A DNA stretch of 64,000 nucleotides from an uncultured Gemmatimonadales bacterium (GCA_963779755.1 CAVZZO010000001.1:1312001-1376000); one strand, 5' to 3'; shown: positions 42,513 to 52,147, counted from the stretch's first letter. The notes: generated from the letters alone by a model not told the origin. Numbers and translations are program-made.

Positions 42513-42558
42513 CTTCCCCCGGCCCGGCCCTCCTGGGGCCCGGGCCGGGGGGACCTGC

Positions 42559-42726
42559 TCATAAGGGATGGGTGGACCTCCAGCCCTGCGCCGTCATGGG
42601 AGCGATACGCTCCTCCAGCTCCTGCACGCTGAGTTCCAGAGCCTCAGCGTCCTTGTTGGTGGCCTGGCGCACCTGCTCCCGCTGCTCGGGAGTCAGCACC
42701 AGTCGCACCGACGATCGATTCGCCAT
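42559..42726 (-). CDS. Putative precursor peptide 2 (55 aa; absent from the ORF track)
   Basis: Manual translation MANRSSVRLVLTPEQREQVRQATNKDAEALELSVQELEERIAPMTAQGWRSTHPL; GAGG RBS. Confidence 0.85.
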   Translation of the reverse strand: MANRSSVRLVLTPEQREQVRQATNKDAEALELSVQELEERIAPMTAQGWRSTHPL

Positions 42727-42758
42727 ACGAACCTCGCCGAACCAGATGGAGAAAGGAT

Positions 42759-42783
42759 GGCGGGAGAGCCCGGCTCTCCCGCC
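42759..42783 (-). terminator. Strong GC hairpin between the two peptide genes
   Basis: GGCGGGAGAGCC-C-GGCTCTCCCGCC; followed on minus by ATCCTTTCTCC. Confidence 0.65.
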
Positions 42784-42793
42784 GTGATCATCC

Positions 42794-42952
42794 TCAGTTG
42801 CCGCCCGGCGTCAGCTTGGCCGGAGCGATGCGCTCTTCCAGCTCCTCGGCGCTCAACTCGAGCGCATCGGCGTTCTTGCCGGTCACCTTGCGGATCTCGT
42901 TCTGCTGTTCCGGAGTCAGCTTGATCCGGACGGGTCCTTTGCTGTCGGCCAT
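42794..42952 (-). CDS. Putative precursor peptide 1 (52 aa)
   Basis: MADSKGPVRIKLTPEQQNEIRKVTGKNADALELSAEELEERIAPAKLTPGGN; AGGGGG RBS before ATG 42952. Confidence 0.87.
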   Translation of the reverse strand: MADSKGPVRIKLTPEQQNEIRKVTGKNADALELSAEELEERIAPAKLTPGGN

Positions 42953-43002
42953 GGTAACCCCCTGTTGATGTGATGCGGTGAGTGGCGCGATCCACGGGAA
43001 GC

Positions 43003-43068
43003 AAGCTCGGGGGCGGCCGTGATATTTCCGTGATTTTCCCTTGCGGCCCCGTGATCGGGTGGTAGCTT
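43003..43068. promoter_or_regulatory. Three phased heptamer direct repeats CCGTGAT with candidate -10 boxes
   Basis: Copies at 43017, 43028 and 43049; GAGCTT on minus 8 bp past the last repeat; TAGCTT on plus at 43063. Confidence 0.6.
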
Positions 43069-43096
43069 GGGAATCCCTCTCGGCAGCTTCGAGCCC

Positions 43097-45364
43097 ATGA
43101 CCGGCCTCGTCATCAACCTGCTGGGCCCCCCCTCCGGGGTGCTTCCAGCCGCTGGCTCCAAGGCCTTGTCCAGCAAGGACATGGGCCTGCTGGCCTACCT
43201 CGTTCTCGAACCCGGTCCGCACCGGCGGGACGAGCTCGCCGCCCTGCTCTGGAGCGAGTCGGACGACGAGCACGCCCGGGCCTCCCTGCGCCAGGCCCTG
43301 AAGCGCCTGCGGGCCCAACTGGGCGAGACCTTGCTTGCCACCCGGAGCAGCGTTCAACTCGCCGGCGGCGTTGCCTGCGATGTCCTGGCCTTCCAGCGGG
43401 CGAGCTCTGCCGAACCGGAAACGGCCGCCCGGTATGACGTGAACAGCTTCCTGAGCGGTCTGGTGGTGCGGCATGCGCCGGTCTTCGAGGAGTGGCTGGA
43501 CACCACCCGCCTCCGCCTGCGCCGCCAGTACGAAGATCTGGTCACCGGGCTGGCCCGCGCCGCCATGTTGCGCTGGCAGTGGCGTGAGGCCGGCGAGTGG
43601 GCCGGCTACGGCCTCGGCTCCAATCCCCTCTCCGAGGAGTGCGCCCGGATCGCCGTCGAAGCCCTCTACCTCTCCGGCAGCCGCCGGCGGGCGCTGGCGC
43701 TCCACGCCGAGTACGAAGCCCGCTGCATCCGCGAACTCGGAATGTCACCGGGGCCCGAGCTGCGGGCGCTGCGCGACCGCATCATGGCCGGGCCGGAGGA
43801 CGGGCATCCCACGCCTATTTCGGCAGAGTGGTTTTCCCGCATGCCTGTCATCGACCCGCCGCTGGTGGGGCGGAGTGACGCCTGGGACCTGCTCATGAGT
43901 GTCTGGAAGTCTCTGCGGCGGGGGCAGGGGAGACTGGTTGTCATTCAGGGCGATGCCGGCGTGGGAAAGAGCCGGCTGGCCGACGACTTCCTTCGCTGGG
44001 CGGCGGCGGAGGGCGCCACCGTGCTGCGGGGAGAGGGCTACGACCCCCGGGCGGGGGTGCCGTACGGTCCGGTGGCTGCCGCCTTGCGGGCCAGCCTGGA
44101 TGCGCCCGGCCTGGCGGGCACCGATCCGGAATGGCTGGCCGAAGTGGGGCGGCTCCTGCCGGAGCTGCGCCGCCGGTTTCCCGCGCTACCCACGCCTCCG
44201 GAGGGCGATGCCACCGCCCGCTGGCGGCTATTCGAGGGGCTGGCGCAGGTAGTGCTGGCCCTGGCCGAGGAGCGGCCGGTGGTCTTTCTGGTAGACGATC
44301 TCCAGTGGTGCGACAGCGAGAGTTGCGCGCTGCTGCACTTCCTCGCCCGCCGCTGGGCGGCCGCTCCGGTCGCGTTGGTTGCGTCCCTTACCCTGGGGGA
44401 GGCGGAAAGAGCGGCGCCGGCGGCCCGGCTCTCCCGCGCCCTGTGCAGCGAGGACCATGCCCGGGTCCTGACGCTGACGGCGCTCTCCGACACCGACGTC
44501 CGCCAGCTGATCCGCCAGTTGGGGAAGATCCACGACCCGCGGGGCGGTGCCCGCTTCGCCGCCCGGATTCATGCCGTCACCAAGGGAAATCCCTTCTATA
44601 TCGTCGAGCTGCTCAAGACGCTGTTCGCCCAGGGGCTGCTCGCCACGGATCCGGAAACGGGCGCCTGGATGGCCGGGCCGGAGGTGTCGCTGACGTCGGG
44701 ACATTTTCCCCTGCCCCCATCGGTGCGCGAGGCCGTGGCCGCCCGGGTCGAGCGCCTGCCCTATCAGCTCCGCGATCTGCTCACCACCTCGGCGGTGGCG
44801 GCGGCACCGTGCCGGGCGGAGCTCATGTCACTGGTTCACGGCATCTCGCGCCTGCACGCGGCGGCGCTTTGCGACGAGCTGGTGGAACGACACCTGCTGG
44901 TGGAGGAAGCCGGCGCGTATCGCTGCGCTCACCCGCTGATTGCGGACGTGGTCCGGGCGGAGGCGACCGCCAGCCGCCGGCGGGAAGTGCACCGCGCGAT
45001 CGCGCTGGCGCTGATGCGCGAGGCAGCCGAAGGGCGCGATGAAACGGGGCGGATAGCCTGGCATGCGGCGCGGGCGGGGGAGCACGCCCTGGCCTATCGC
45101 CATGCGCTGCTGGCCAGCGAGGAGTGCGCCAGCCGCTACGCTCCGGAGGAGGCGCTGATGTGGCTCGATATCGCCGCCACGGCCGCCGCGGACGACACCC
45201 AGCGGGAGGAGGTCAACCGCCGGACCGCGGGCGTGCTGGACCTGGCCGGCTGGCGCGAGCCGCCCCGGCGCTCGCTGCCGCGCGACAGTCTGGGCGCCGC
45301 CCTCCACGCCGAGGATATCGATTTCCGGGTGCTGATGAGCGAGGCACCGGGCCAGCCGGGCTAG
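43097..45364 (+). CDS. AfsR/SARP-like regulator (wHTH-BTAD-AAA ATPase)
   Basis: LLAYL, RRDELAALLW, ARASLRQAL, FEEWL, Walker A GDAGVGKS, Walker B VDDLQW, GNPFYIVE. Confidence 0.9.
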   Translation: MTGLVINLLGPPSGVLPAAGSKALSSKDMGLLAYLVLEPGPHRRDELAALLWSESDDEHARASLRQALKRLRAQLGETLLATRSSVQLAGGVACDVLAFQRASSAEPETAARYDVNSFLSGLVVRHAPVFEEWLDTTRLRLRRQYEDLVTGLARAAMLRWQWREAGEWAGYGLGSNPLSEECARIAVEALYLSGSRRRALALHAEYEARCIRELGMSPGPELRALRDRIMAGPEDGHPTPISAEWFSRMPVIDPPLVGRSDAWDLLMSVWKSLRRGQGRLVVIQGDAGVGKSRLADDFLRWAAAEGATVLRGEGYDPRAGVPYGPVAAALRASLDAPGLAGTDPEWLAEVGRLLPELRRRFPALPTPPEGDATARWRLFEGLAQVVLALAEERPVVFLVDDLQWCDSESCALLHFLARRWAAAPVALVASLTLGEAERAAPAARLSRALCSEDHARVLTLTALSDTDVRQLIRQLGKIHDPRGGARFAARIHAVTKGNPFYIVELLKTLFAQGLLATDPETGAWMAGPEVSLTSGHFPLPPSVREAVAARVERLPYQLRDLLTTSAVAAAPCRAELMSLVHGISRLHAAALCDELVERHLLVEEAGAYRCAHPLIADVVRAEATASRRREVHRAIALALMREAAEGRDETGRIAWHAARAGEHALAYRHALLASEECASRYAPEEALMWLDIAATAAADDTQREEVNRRTAGVLDLAGWREPPRRSLPRDSLGAALHAEDIDFRVLMSEAPGQPG

Positions 45365-46266
45365 GGCGTCTGCTGGGGGACGGAATCCAGGGCGGACTGC
45401 ATGGCTTCGGCGCTGGGCCAGCGGTCTTCCGGCCGCTTGGCCAGTGATCGCGCGATGGCCCGGGCGAACGGCTCCGGAGTCTCGGCCCGGAAGACCCGGA
45501 TATCGGCGGGGGTTTCGGTCTGGTGCAGTTGCAGCACCACCGCCTCGCTCCGGTGCTGGAAGGGCGGCCGGCCGGCCAGGCACTCGTACAGCACGCAGCC
45601 GACCGAGTAGAGGTCGGTGCGATGGTCCATGCCCTTGAGGGCGGCCGCCTGCTCGGGACTCATGTAGGACGAGGTGCCGACGGTAAACCCGCTCCGCGTC
45701 AGGCGCTCGGTCCCCGCCGCTTCGATGGCCCGGGCGATGCCGAAATCGAGCAGCATGGCGCCCGCCGGCGTCAGCACGATGTTGTCGGGCTTGACGTCGC
45801 GGTGGATGATGCCGCGCGCATGGGCATAGCCCAGCGCGCTCAGCAGGTCCTGGCCGATCCGCAGGCTGTCGGACACGCTGGCCCAGCGGCTCTGGTCCAG
45901 ATGCTGGCGCAGGGTGGGGCCCTCGGCGAAGTCCATGGCGTAGTACACCAGCCAGTCGCGTTCGCCGTAGTCGGTGAGCTTGGTAATGAGCGGATGCTCG
46001 AGAGTCGAGAGCAGCCGGATCTCCCGCAGGAAGCGGTCGGCGGTGACGCTCACGACCAGTTCGGGGTGGAGGATCTTCAGGGCCAGCCGGCGGCCTTCAC
46101 GATCGCGGGCGATAAAGACACGTCCCGCCCCGCCTCGGGCCAGTTCCCGTTCGATCTCGTAGCGGTCGCCCAGGGCTTCACGGACAAGTGGAAGCAGGTC
46201 GCGACGGATGGCAGCCTCCGGAATGCGGGGATTTTGAATAGTCGAAGGATTGGGGCCGCCGTGCAA
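45361..46266 (-). CDS. Hanks-type Ser/Thr protein kinase, kinase domain only (start uncertain)
   Basis: RYEIERELARGGAGRV; ALKIL; HRDVKPDN; DFG; GTSSYMSPEQ. Confidence 0.92.
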   Translation of the reverse strand: MHGGPNPSTIQNPRIPEAAIRRDLLPLVREALGDRYEIERELARGGAGRVFIARDREGRRLALKILHPELVVSVTADRFLREIRLLSTLEHPLITKLTDYGERDWLVYYAMDFAEGPTLRQHLDQSRWASVSDSLRIGQDLLSALGYAHARGIIHRDVKPDNIVLTPAGAMLLDFGIARAIEAAGTERLTRSGFTVGTSSYMSPEQAAALKGMDHRTDLYSVGCVLYECLAGRPPFQHRSEAVVLQLHQTETPADIRVFRAETPEPFARAIARSLAKRPEDRWPSAEAMQSALDSVPQQTP

Positions 46267-46267
46267 G

Positions 46268-47830
46268 TCAGAGGCCGGCTGGGCGGATCTGGACCGGCCG
46301 GCCGGCCGCCTTTTCCAGCACGTCGGATTTCTGGGCGGCGCTCCAGCATTCGAGGGCGATATCGGCGCCGATCCGGGCGGGCGCGGCGGTGATGGTCAGG
46401 CTGCCGGGGTTGAGCAGGACCTGGAGATGCTCCACCGCGCCGGTATGGCCCCGGTCGAGGCCGTCGGCCACGCGGAGCAGGCCCGAGAGCCGCCGGACGA
46501 TGGCCTGATCGCCCGCCGAGAGGCCGCCGAACGGCTGGTGCTTGCGCCGGGGGCCGCGGCGGCGGTGGTAGCGACTGATTAGTGCCACCAGCTGGCGCTC
46601 GCGCGGGGGCAGGTTGAGCCGGTCGGCGTGCAGGATGAGCTGATAGCTGTGCTTGTGGTGTTTGCGGTAGCTCACCATCTGCCCCACATCATGCAGCAGG
46701 GCCGCCGCCTCCAGCAGAAAGCGCTCCTCGGCCGCGGCTCCGGTGACCTCCTGCAGCGGCTCGAACAGCTGCAGCGCCAGTTCCCGCACATGCTCCACAT
46801 GCCGGCGGTCGCCGTGGCAGCGCTCCACGAATTCGCGGATCAGCCGGAGCGGGTCGGCGGCGACCGTGGCGGGCCGCTCGCCCACGGCTTCCAGCAGCAG
46901 CCCTTCGCGCAGCCCGTAGGCGCTGACCAGGACGTCGGGGGCCTCCACCCAGTCGAGAATGGACGCGGCGACCGCGATGCCGGCCACGATGATATCGGCC
47001 CGCTGCGGATTGAGACCGGGAACGCGCAGCCGGTGTTCCGGCTTCATCCGGGCCAGCCATTCCAGCAGTGCTTCGATCTCCGCCGCCTTGATGGCCAGCC
47101 CGTGAACCGGCTGGGCGGGGTCCAGGCCGCGGCGCGCCGCCACCATCCGGCCCAGATTGGTGAACGTCCCGCCGCTGCCGATCACCCGCGCGCCGGTCCA
47201 CTCCCGGCCGGGGAAGGCCTTGCGCAACTGGCGCCGGATGTAGCGGCGCAACTCGACCACTTCCTTCAGGGCCGGCCGCTTGCCGGGGAGCAGCGTCTCC
47301 GTGGTGCGCACCGCGCCGAAGGGCAGTGACCGGCTGTACTCCACCAGCCCGCTGACCGCGCCCACCAGCTCGAGGCTCCCACCCCCGATGTCGGCGACGA
47401 TGGTCCGGCCGCCCTCCAGCTGGAAATGGTGCATGACGGAGCGGAAGGAGAGGGCGGCTTCCGTTTCGCCGTCGATGATGCGAAGGGGGATATCCAGCTC
47501 CTCCCGGATGAGCTGGATGAAGGCCTCGCCGTTCCCGGCCTCGCGCACCGCCGAGGTCGCGACGGCATTGATCCGGGTCACGCCGCGCCGCTGGCAGACC
47601 TCGCGCATCCGCCGCAGCGTCTGGTAGGCCCGCTCCACCGACTCGTCGTCCAGCCGGCCGCTCGCGGCCAGCCGGGCCGCCAGCCGGGGCTGTTCCTTCA
47701 CCTCGTCGATGATCGTGAGCCCGGCCCCGGGGGCGTATTCGGCGATGACCAGGCGAATCGAGTTGGAGCCGACGTCGATGGCGGCGAGCCGCTCCCCCGG
47801 CGCCGCGCCGTTGGGGACGGGCGCCGTCAT
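46268..47830 (-). CDS. ppx: Ppx/GppA exopolyphosphatase
   Basis: AIDVGSNSIRL; ATSAVREA; DIGGGSLE; GLREG; C-terminal HD domain. Confidence 0.93.
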   Translation of the reverse strand: MTAPVPNGAAPGERLAAIDVGSNSIRLVIAEYAPGAGLTIIDEVKEQPRLAARLAASGRLDDESVERAYQTLRRMREVCQRRGVTRINAVATSAVREAGNGEAFIQLIREELDIPLRIIDGETEAALSFRSVMHHFQLEGGRTIVADIGGGSLELVGAVSGLVEYSRSLPFGAVRTTETLLPGKRPALKEVVELRRYIRRQLRKAFPGREWTGARVIGSGGTFTNLGRMVAARRGLDPAQPVHGLAIKAAEIEALLEWLARMKPEHRLRVPGLNPQRADIIVAGIAVAASILDWVEAPDVLVSAYGLREGLLLEAVGERPATVAADPLRLIREFVERCHGDRRHVEHVRELALQLFEPLQEVTGAAAEERFLLEAAALLHDVGQMVSYRKHHKHSYQLILHADRLNLPPRERQLVALISRYHRRRGPRRKHQPFGGLSAGDQAIVRRLSGLLRVADGLDRGHTGAVEHLQVLLNPGSLTITAAPARIGADIALECWSAAQKSDVLEKAAGRPVQIRPAGL

Positions 47831-48543
47831 GGAGCTGCCGGATGCGTCTCCTGGTCGTTGCGTGGCTCGCCTCCGCTCTCCGCATGGTGCTTGATGGACT
47901 TGCCTTCCACCAGGAAGACTACGTCCTCGGCGATGTTGGTCGCCAGGTCGGCCACCCGCTCCAGGTTGCGGCTCACCAGGAACAGCTCCATGCCGGCCCC
48001 GATCATGTGCGGGTCTTCCATCATGTGGGTGAGCAGGATCCGGAACACTGAGCGATGCAGCGCGTCGACCTTGTCGTCCCGGCGGCAGAGCGCCCGGGCC
48101 GCGGCCGCGTCGCCGCGGATGAAGGCCTCGAGCGAGTCGGACAGCATCTCGCGGGCGAGCCGGGCCATTTCGACGATTTCCGGCTCCGGGGCGATGGGCC
48201 GCACCTCGCTCAGCCGGGAGGCCGACTGGGCAATGTTCACCGCGTGGTCGCCCACCCGCTCCAGGTCGTTGGCAATCTTGAGCGCGGACGTCAGCATGCG
48301 CAGGTCGCGGGCCATGGGCTGCTGCAGGGCCAGCAGGTTGATGGCCTGCTCCTCGATCTCCACTTCCATGTTGTCCACCACCCGGTCGCCCTGGATGACG
48401 TCTTTGGCCTTAGCCGGGTTGCGCTCCAGCAGCGCCTCGACCGCCAGGCCGAGCGCGGCTTCCGCCTCGCCCGACATGGTGAGGAGGCGCACCTTGACGT
48501 GATTCAACTCGTCATGAAAGTGCCGGTGGGCATCTGTGCTCAT
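47827..48543 (-). CDS. phoU: Phosphate signalling protein PhoU
   Basis: [35 protein letters not shown]. Confidence 0.96.
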   Translation of the reverse strand: MSTDAHRHFHDELNHVKVRLLTMSGEAEAALGLAVEALLERNPAKAKDVIQGDRVVDNMEVEIEEQAINLLALQQPMARDLRMLTSALKIANDLERVGDHAVNIAQSASRLSEVRPIAPEPEIVEMARLAREMLSDSLEAFIRGDAAAARALCRRDDKVDALHRSVFRILLTHMMEDPHMIGAGMELFLVSRNLERVADLATNIAEDVVFLVEGKSIKHHAESGGEPRNDQETHPAAP

Positions 48544-49388
48544 CCGAACCTCCCCGTAATGTACGCCTCGGTCTGTTCCTGCGACGGCGCGGTAAACATC
48601 TGCTCCGTCTCCCCGAATTCGATCAGCCTGCCCAGGTGGAAGAACGCGGTGTGATCCGAGACCCGCGCCGCCTGCTGCAGGTTGTGGGTCACGATCACGA
48701 TGGTGTAGTCCCGCTTCAGCTGTACGATCAGTTCTTCCACCCGCTGGGTGCTGACCGGGTCCAGCGCCGAGCAGGGCTCGTCCATGAGCAGCACCATCGG
48801 CTCATTGGCCAGCGCCCGGGCGATGCAGAGCCGCTGCTGCTGCCCGCCGGAGAGGCTGGTCCCCGGCTCGTTGAGCCGGTCCTTGACCTCGTCCCACAGG
48901 GCGGCGCGGCGCAGGCACCGCTCCACCAGATCGGGCAGGTCGCGGCGGCTCACCAGCGCATTGAGCGCCGGCCCGTATGCCACGTTGTCGAACACCGACT
49001 TGGGAAACGGATTGGGCCGCTGGAAGACCATCCCCACCCGCAGGCGCAGCGTGCCCAGGTCGGTGCCGGGGGCAAAGACCGACCGGTCGTCCAGCAGGAT
49101 GTCGCCCTCGTGGCGGATGCCGGCAATCAGGTCGTTCATCCGGTTGATGGACCGGAGGAAGGTGGACTTGCCGCACCCCGAAGGGCCGATGATCGCCGTG
49201 ACCTCCCGCGGCGCGATGTCCAGCGTGATCCCGTGCAGGGCCTGGCGCGCGCCGTACCAGAAGCGGAAATCGCGGGCCGCCACGGCGGGCGCCCCGGCCG
49301 CAGCGGCCGCGCCGTCCGGGCGGGGCCGGGGCGTCAGGGTGGGGCGGTTCATCGGAGGCATGGGCCTGGCCAGCTTCACGGGGGTCAT
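48540..49388 (-). CDS. pstB: Phosphate ABC transporter ATPase
   Basis: [42 protein letters not shown] overlap at 49388. Confidence 0.95.
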   Translation of the reverse strand: MTPVKLARPMPPMNRPTLTPRPRPDGAAAAAGAPAVAARDFRFWYGARQALHGITLDIAPREVTAIIGPSGCGKSTFLRSINRMNDLIAGIRHEGDILLDDRSVFAPGTDLGTLRLRVGMVFQRPNPFPKSVFDNVAYGPALNALVSRRDLPDLVERCLRRAALWDEVKDRLNEPGTSLSGGQQQRLCIARALANEPMVLLMDEPCSALDPVSTQRVEELIVQLKRDYTIVIVTHNLQQAARVSDHTAFFHLGRLIEFGETEQMFTAPSQEQTEAYITGRFG

Positions 49389-50155
49389 CCGAACCTTCCG
49401 GTAATATAGGCCTCGGTCTGATCGTTGACCGGGGCGGTGAACATCTGTCCGGTGGGGCCGTGCTCCACCATGGTGCCGAGGTAGAAGAACGTCGTCGTGT
49501 CCGAGACCCGCGCGGCCTGTTGCATGTTGTGGGTGACGATCACGATGGTGTACTCCCGCTTGAGCTCGAACAGCAGTTCCTCGATCCGGGCGGTGCCCCC
49601 CGGATCCAGCGACGCGGTCGGCTCGTCCAGCAGCAGCACCTCCGGCTGCGGCGCCAGGCTGCGGGCCACGCAAAGCCGCTGCTGCTGCCCGCCGGAGAGC
49701 CCCAGGGCGCTGGTCTTGAGCCGGTCCTTGACCTCCTCCCAGAGGGCCGCCTGGCGCAGGGCCCGCTCCACCACGTGGTCGAGTTCCTGGCGGCTCATCC
49801 GGCCGTTGATTCGCATGCCGGCCGCCACGTTGCCGTAGATGGACATCGTGGGAAACGGCGTAGGCCGTTGGAAGACCATGCCGATCCGGCGCCGCAGGAT
49901 CATGGGGCTCACCCGGGGCGCGTAGACGTCCTCGCCGTCCAGCAGCACCCGGCCGGTGACCCAGGCGCCCTCGGTCATCTCGTGCATCCGGTTGAGCGCC
50001 CGCAGGAAGGTGGATTTCCCGCAGCCCGACGGGCCGATCAGGGCGTTGACCGTGTTGGCCTGGAACGCCACCGTGACGCTTTTCACCGCGGTGAATTTCC
50101 CGTACATCGCCGTCAGCCGGTCGGTGGCCAGCCGGGGAACCTCAGCGGGAGCCAT
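49385..50155 (-). CDS. pstB: Phosphate ABC transporter ATPase (second copy)
   Basis: [23 protein letters not shown]. Confidence 0.95.
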   Translation of the reverse strand: MAPAEVPRLATDRLTAMYGKFTAVKSVTVAFQANTVNALIGPSGCGKSTFLRALNRMHEMTEGAWVTGRVLLDGEDVYAPRVSPMILRRRIGMVFQRPTPFPTMSIYGNVAAGMRINGRMSRQELDHVVERALRQAALWEEVKDRLKTSALGLSGGQQQRLCVARSLAPQPEVLLLDEPTASLDPGGTARIEELLFELKREYTIVIVTHNMQQAARVSDTTTFFYLGTMVEHGPTGQMFTAPVNDQTEAYITGRFG

Positions 50156-50984
50156 GGGGTCGCCGGGTCGCAATGCGCGCAGAAAGGCTCAGCACCAGGA
50201 CCAGCAGGATGAGTACCAGGGCCGCCGCCCAGGCCATCCGGTGCCAGTACTCGAACGGGCCGGTGGCATAGGTGAAGACCACCAGCGGCAGCGCCGCCAT
50301 CGGCCGGGTGGGGTCGAGACTGAAGTACTGGCTGCCCAGCGCGGTGAACAGCAGGGGCGCCGTTTCGCCCGCAATCCGCGCCGTCGCCAGCAGGGTGCCG
50401 GTGACGATGCCGGGCAGGGTCGAGCGCACCACGATGCTCAGACTGGTGCGCCAGCGGGGATAGCCGAGCGCCAGCGCCGCCTCCCGCAGGGAATTGGGCA
50501 CCAGCTTGATCATCTCCTCGGTGGTGCGGAGCACCATGGGGATGAGCAGCAGGGCCAGCGCGGCACTGCCGGCCAGCGCCGAAAAGTGTTTCTGCCGGGC
50601 GACGATCCAGGTCCAGGCGAACACCCCGACTACAATGGAGGGGGTGCCGTTCAGGACGTCGGAGATGAAACGCGTGGCCCAGGCCAGGCGGGTCCCCGGG
50701 TACTCGGCGCAGTAGATCCCCGCGCCGATGCCGACCGGCACGCCGATGACGCAGGCCAGCCCCACGATGATGAGCGTGCCTGCGATCGCGTTGGCCACCC
50801 CGCCGCCCGATTCCCCCGCCGGCGCCGGGTTGTGCAGGAAGAAGGCCAGGTTGAGGCTGCTGGCCCCCTTGATGATCAGGTTGACCAGAATGAAGAAGAG
50901 CGGCGCCAGCGCCAGCACCACCGCGGCCACCATGAGGCCCACCATGAGATGCCCTCGCACCCGCCGCCAGGTGCGCCGGTTCAC
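50142..50984 (-). CDS. pstA: Phosphate ABC transporter permease PstA
   Basis: [31 protein letters not shown] 50984. Confidence 0.94.
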   Translation of the reverse strand: MNRRTWRRVRGHLMVGLMVAAVVLALAPLFFILVNLIIKGASSLNLAFFLHNPAPAGESGGGVANAIAGTLIIVGLACVIGVPVGIGAGIYCAEYPGTRLAWATRFISDVLNGTPSIVVGVFAWTWIVARQKHFSALAGSAALALLLIPMVLRTTEEMIKLVPNSLREAALALGYPRWRTSLSIVVRSTLPGIVTGTLLATARIAGETAPLLFTALGSQYFSLDPTRPMAALPLVVFTYATGPFEYWHRMAWAAALVLILLVLVLSLSARIATRRPHGSR

Positions 50985-51958
50985 AGGGCCTGGCTCCCGG
51001 TCGGCGCCCCGCGCGAGACCTTCCAGATCAGCAGCCGGGCCGCGGCATTGACCACCACGGTGACCCCGAAGAGCACCAGCGCCACATAGGTGAGGGCCGC
51101 GAAGTGCATCGGCGTCGCCGCCTCGCTGAATTCGTTGGCGATGGCGGCGGCCATGGTGTACCCCGGCGCGAAGAGCGAGGCGGTGATGTCGTGCCGGTTG
51201 CCGATCACCATGGTGACGGCCATGGTCTCGCCCAGCGCCCGGCCCAGGCCCAGGATCACCGCGCCGATGATGCCCGAGCGGGCGTAGGGAACCACGGCGC
51301 CGATCACCGCCTCCCAGCGGGTCGCGCCCAGCGCCAGCGCCGCTTCGCGCTGGGTGTTGGGCACCGCCCGCAGCACCTCCCGCGAGACCGCCATGATGAA
51401 CGGCATGATCATGATCGCCAGGATGATCGCCGCCGCCAGCATCGAGGGGCCGTAGATGGGGCCGGAGAAGAAGGGCAGCCAGCCGAAGAGGCCGCGGAGC
51501 GCCGGGAAGAGCGTTTTCCGCATTACCGGAATCAGCACGAAGATGCCCCACAGCCCGTAGACCACGCTCGGGATAGCCGCCAGCAGCTCGATCAGGAACG
51601 AGACCACGTTCGCCACCTTCCGGGGGGCGAACTCGGTCAGGTAGATGGCGACGCCCAGCGAGAGCGGCACCGCGATCAGCAGGGCGAGGAACGACGACAG
51701 CAGCGTCCCGAAGATGAGCGGCAGGGCGCCGAACTGCCCGGCGACCGGGTCCCAGGTGCTGGTAAAGAGGAAGTTGAAACCGAACTGCCCGATCGCGGGC
51801 CGGGAGCCCACGACCAGTTCGTAGAGCAGGAATCCCAGCAGCGTCGGGATGGTCACCGCCGCCAGGATCAACAGGCCCTTGAAGAGACGGTCGCCGTAAT
51901 TGGCGCTCTCCAGCGAGCGCTCTGTTGCCTCGGCGGTCGGGACCATGGTCGTCGCCAT
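50981..51958 (-). CDS. pstC: Phosphate ABC transporter permease PstC
   Basis: ELLAAIPSVVYGLWG; GRALGETMAV; IANEFSEA. Confidence 0.95.
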   Translation of the reverse strand: MATTMVPTAEATERSLESANYGDRLFKGLLILAAVTIPTLLGFLLYELVVGSRPAIGQFGFNFLFTSTWDPVAGQFGALPLIFGTLLSSFLALLIAVPLSLGVAIYLTEFAPRKVANVVSFLIELLAAIPSVVYGLWGIFVLIPVMRKTLFPALRGLFGWLPFFSGPIYGPSMLAAAIILAIMIMPFIMAVSREVLRAVPNTQREAALALGATRWEAVIGAVVPYARSGIIGAVILGLGRALGETMAVTMVIGNRHDITASLFAPGYTMAAAIANEFSEAATPMHFAALTYVALVLFGVTVVVNAAARLLIWKVSRGAPTGSQAL

Positions 51959-51968
51959 TAGGAGGCGG

Positions 51969-52023
51969 AGTCTAGCCGGGGGCCGCCGCCGGCCTGTCAC
52001 GCCAATGTAACGGACGTGTCACG
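51969..52023 (-). promoter_or_regulatory. Pho-box-like 11-bp-phased repeats plus -10 box upstream of pstC
   Basis: Sense strand CGTGACAcgtcCGTTACAttggCGTGACA, then 20 bp, then TAGACT. Confidence 0.7.
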
Positions 52024-52049
52024 AGAGGGAGATGTGGTCAAAGCCCGTT

Positions 52050-52105
52050 CTCGACCCCCTCGACCCCACGAAACCGGTTGAGGGGGTCGAGAGGGTCGAG
52101 GTCCG
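52050..52105. repeat. Inverted 9-mer repeat hairpin (CTCGACCCC)2 ... (G/AGGGTCGAG)2
   Basis: Arms 52050-52067 and 52082-52100. Confidence 0.75.
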
Positions 52106-52147
52106 ATGCGGAGCATGTGAAGCGCACCACCCGACCCCCTTGACCTC

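Noticed and set aside
42509..42562. 17-codon ORF overlapping the P2 stop (ATGA)
   Set aside because: Low-complexity G/P/R sequence with no leader similarity; relevant only if an indel joins it to the 42231-42512 ORF.
40119..42632. 837-aa plus-strand ORF
   Set aside because: Antisense shadow of the GAF-HlyD gene with no motifs.
37179..42952. Calling the peptide cluster a daptide or other known RiPP gene cluster
   Set aside because: The leader motif and intramembrane peptidase are reminiscent, but the tails do not end in Thr and no dehydrogenase, aminotransferase, methyltransferase, YcaO, Lan or radical-SAM gene is present.
42794..43705. 303-aa minus-strand ORF
   Set aside because: Mostly antisense to the BTAD regulator; only the last 52 codons (ATG 42952 with RBS) are credible.
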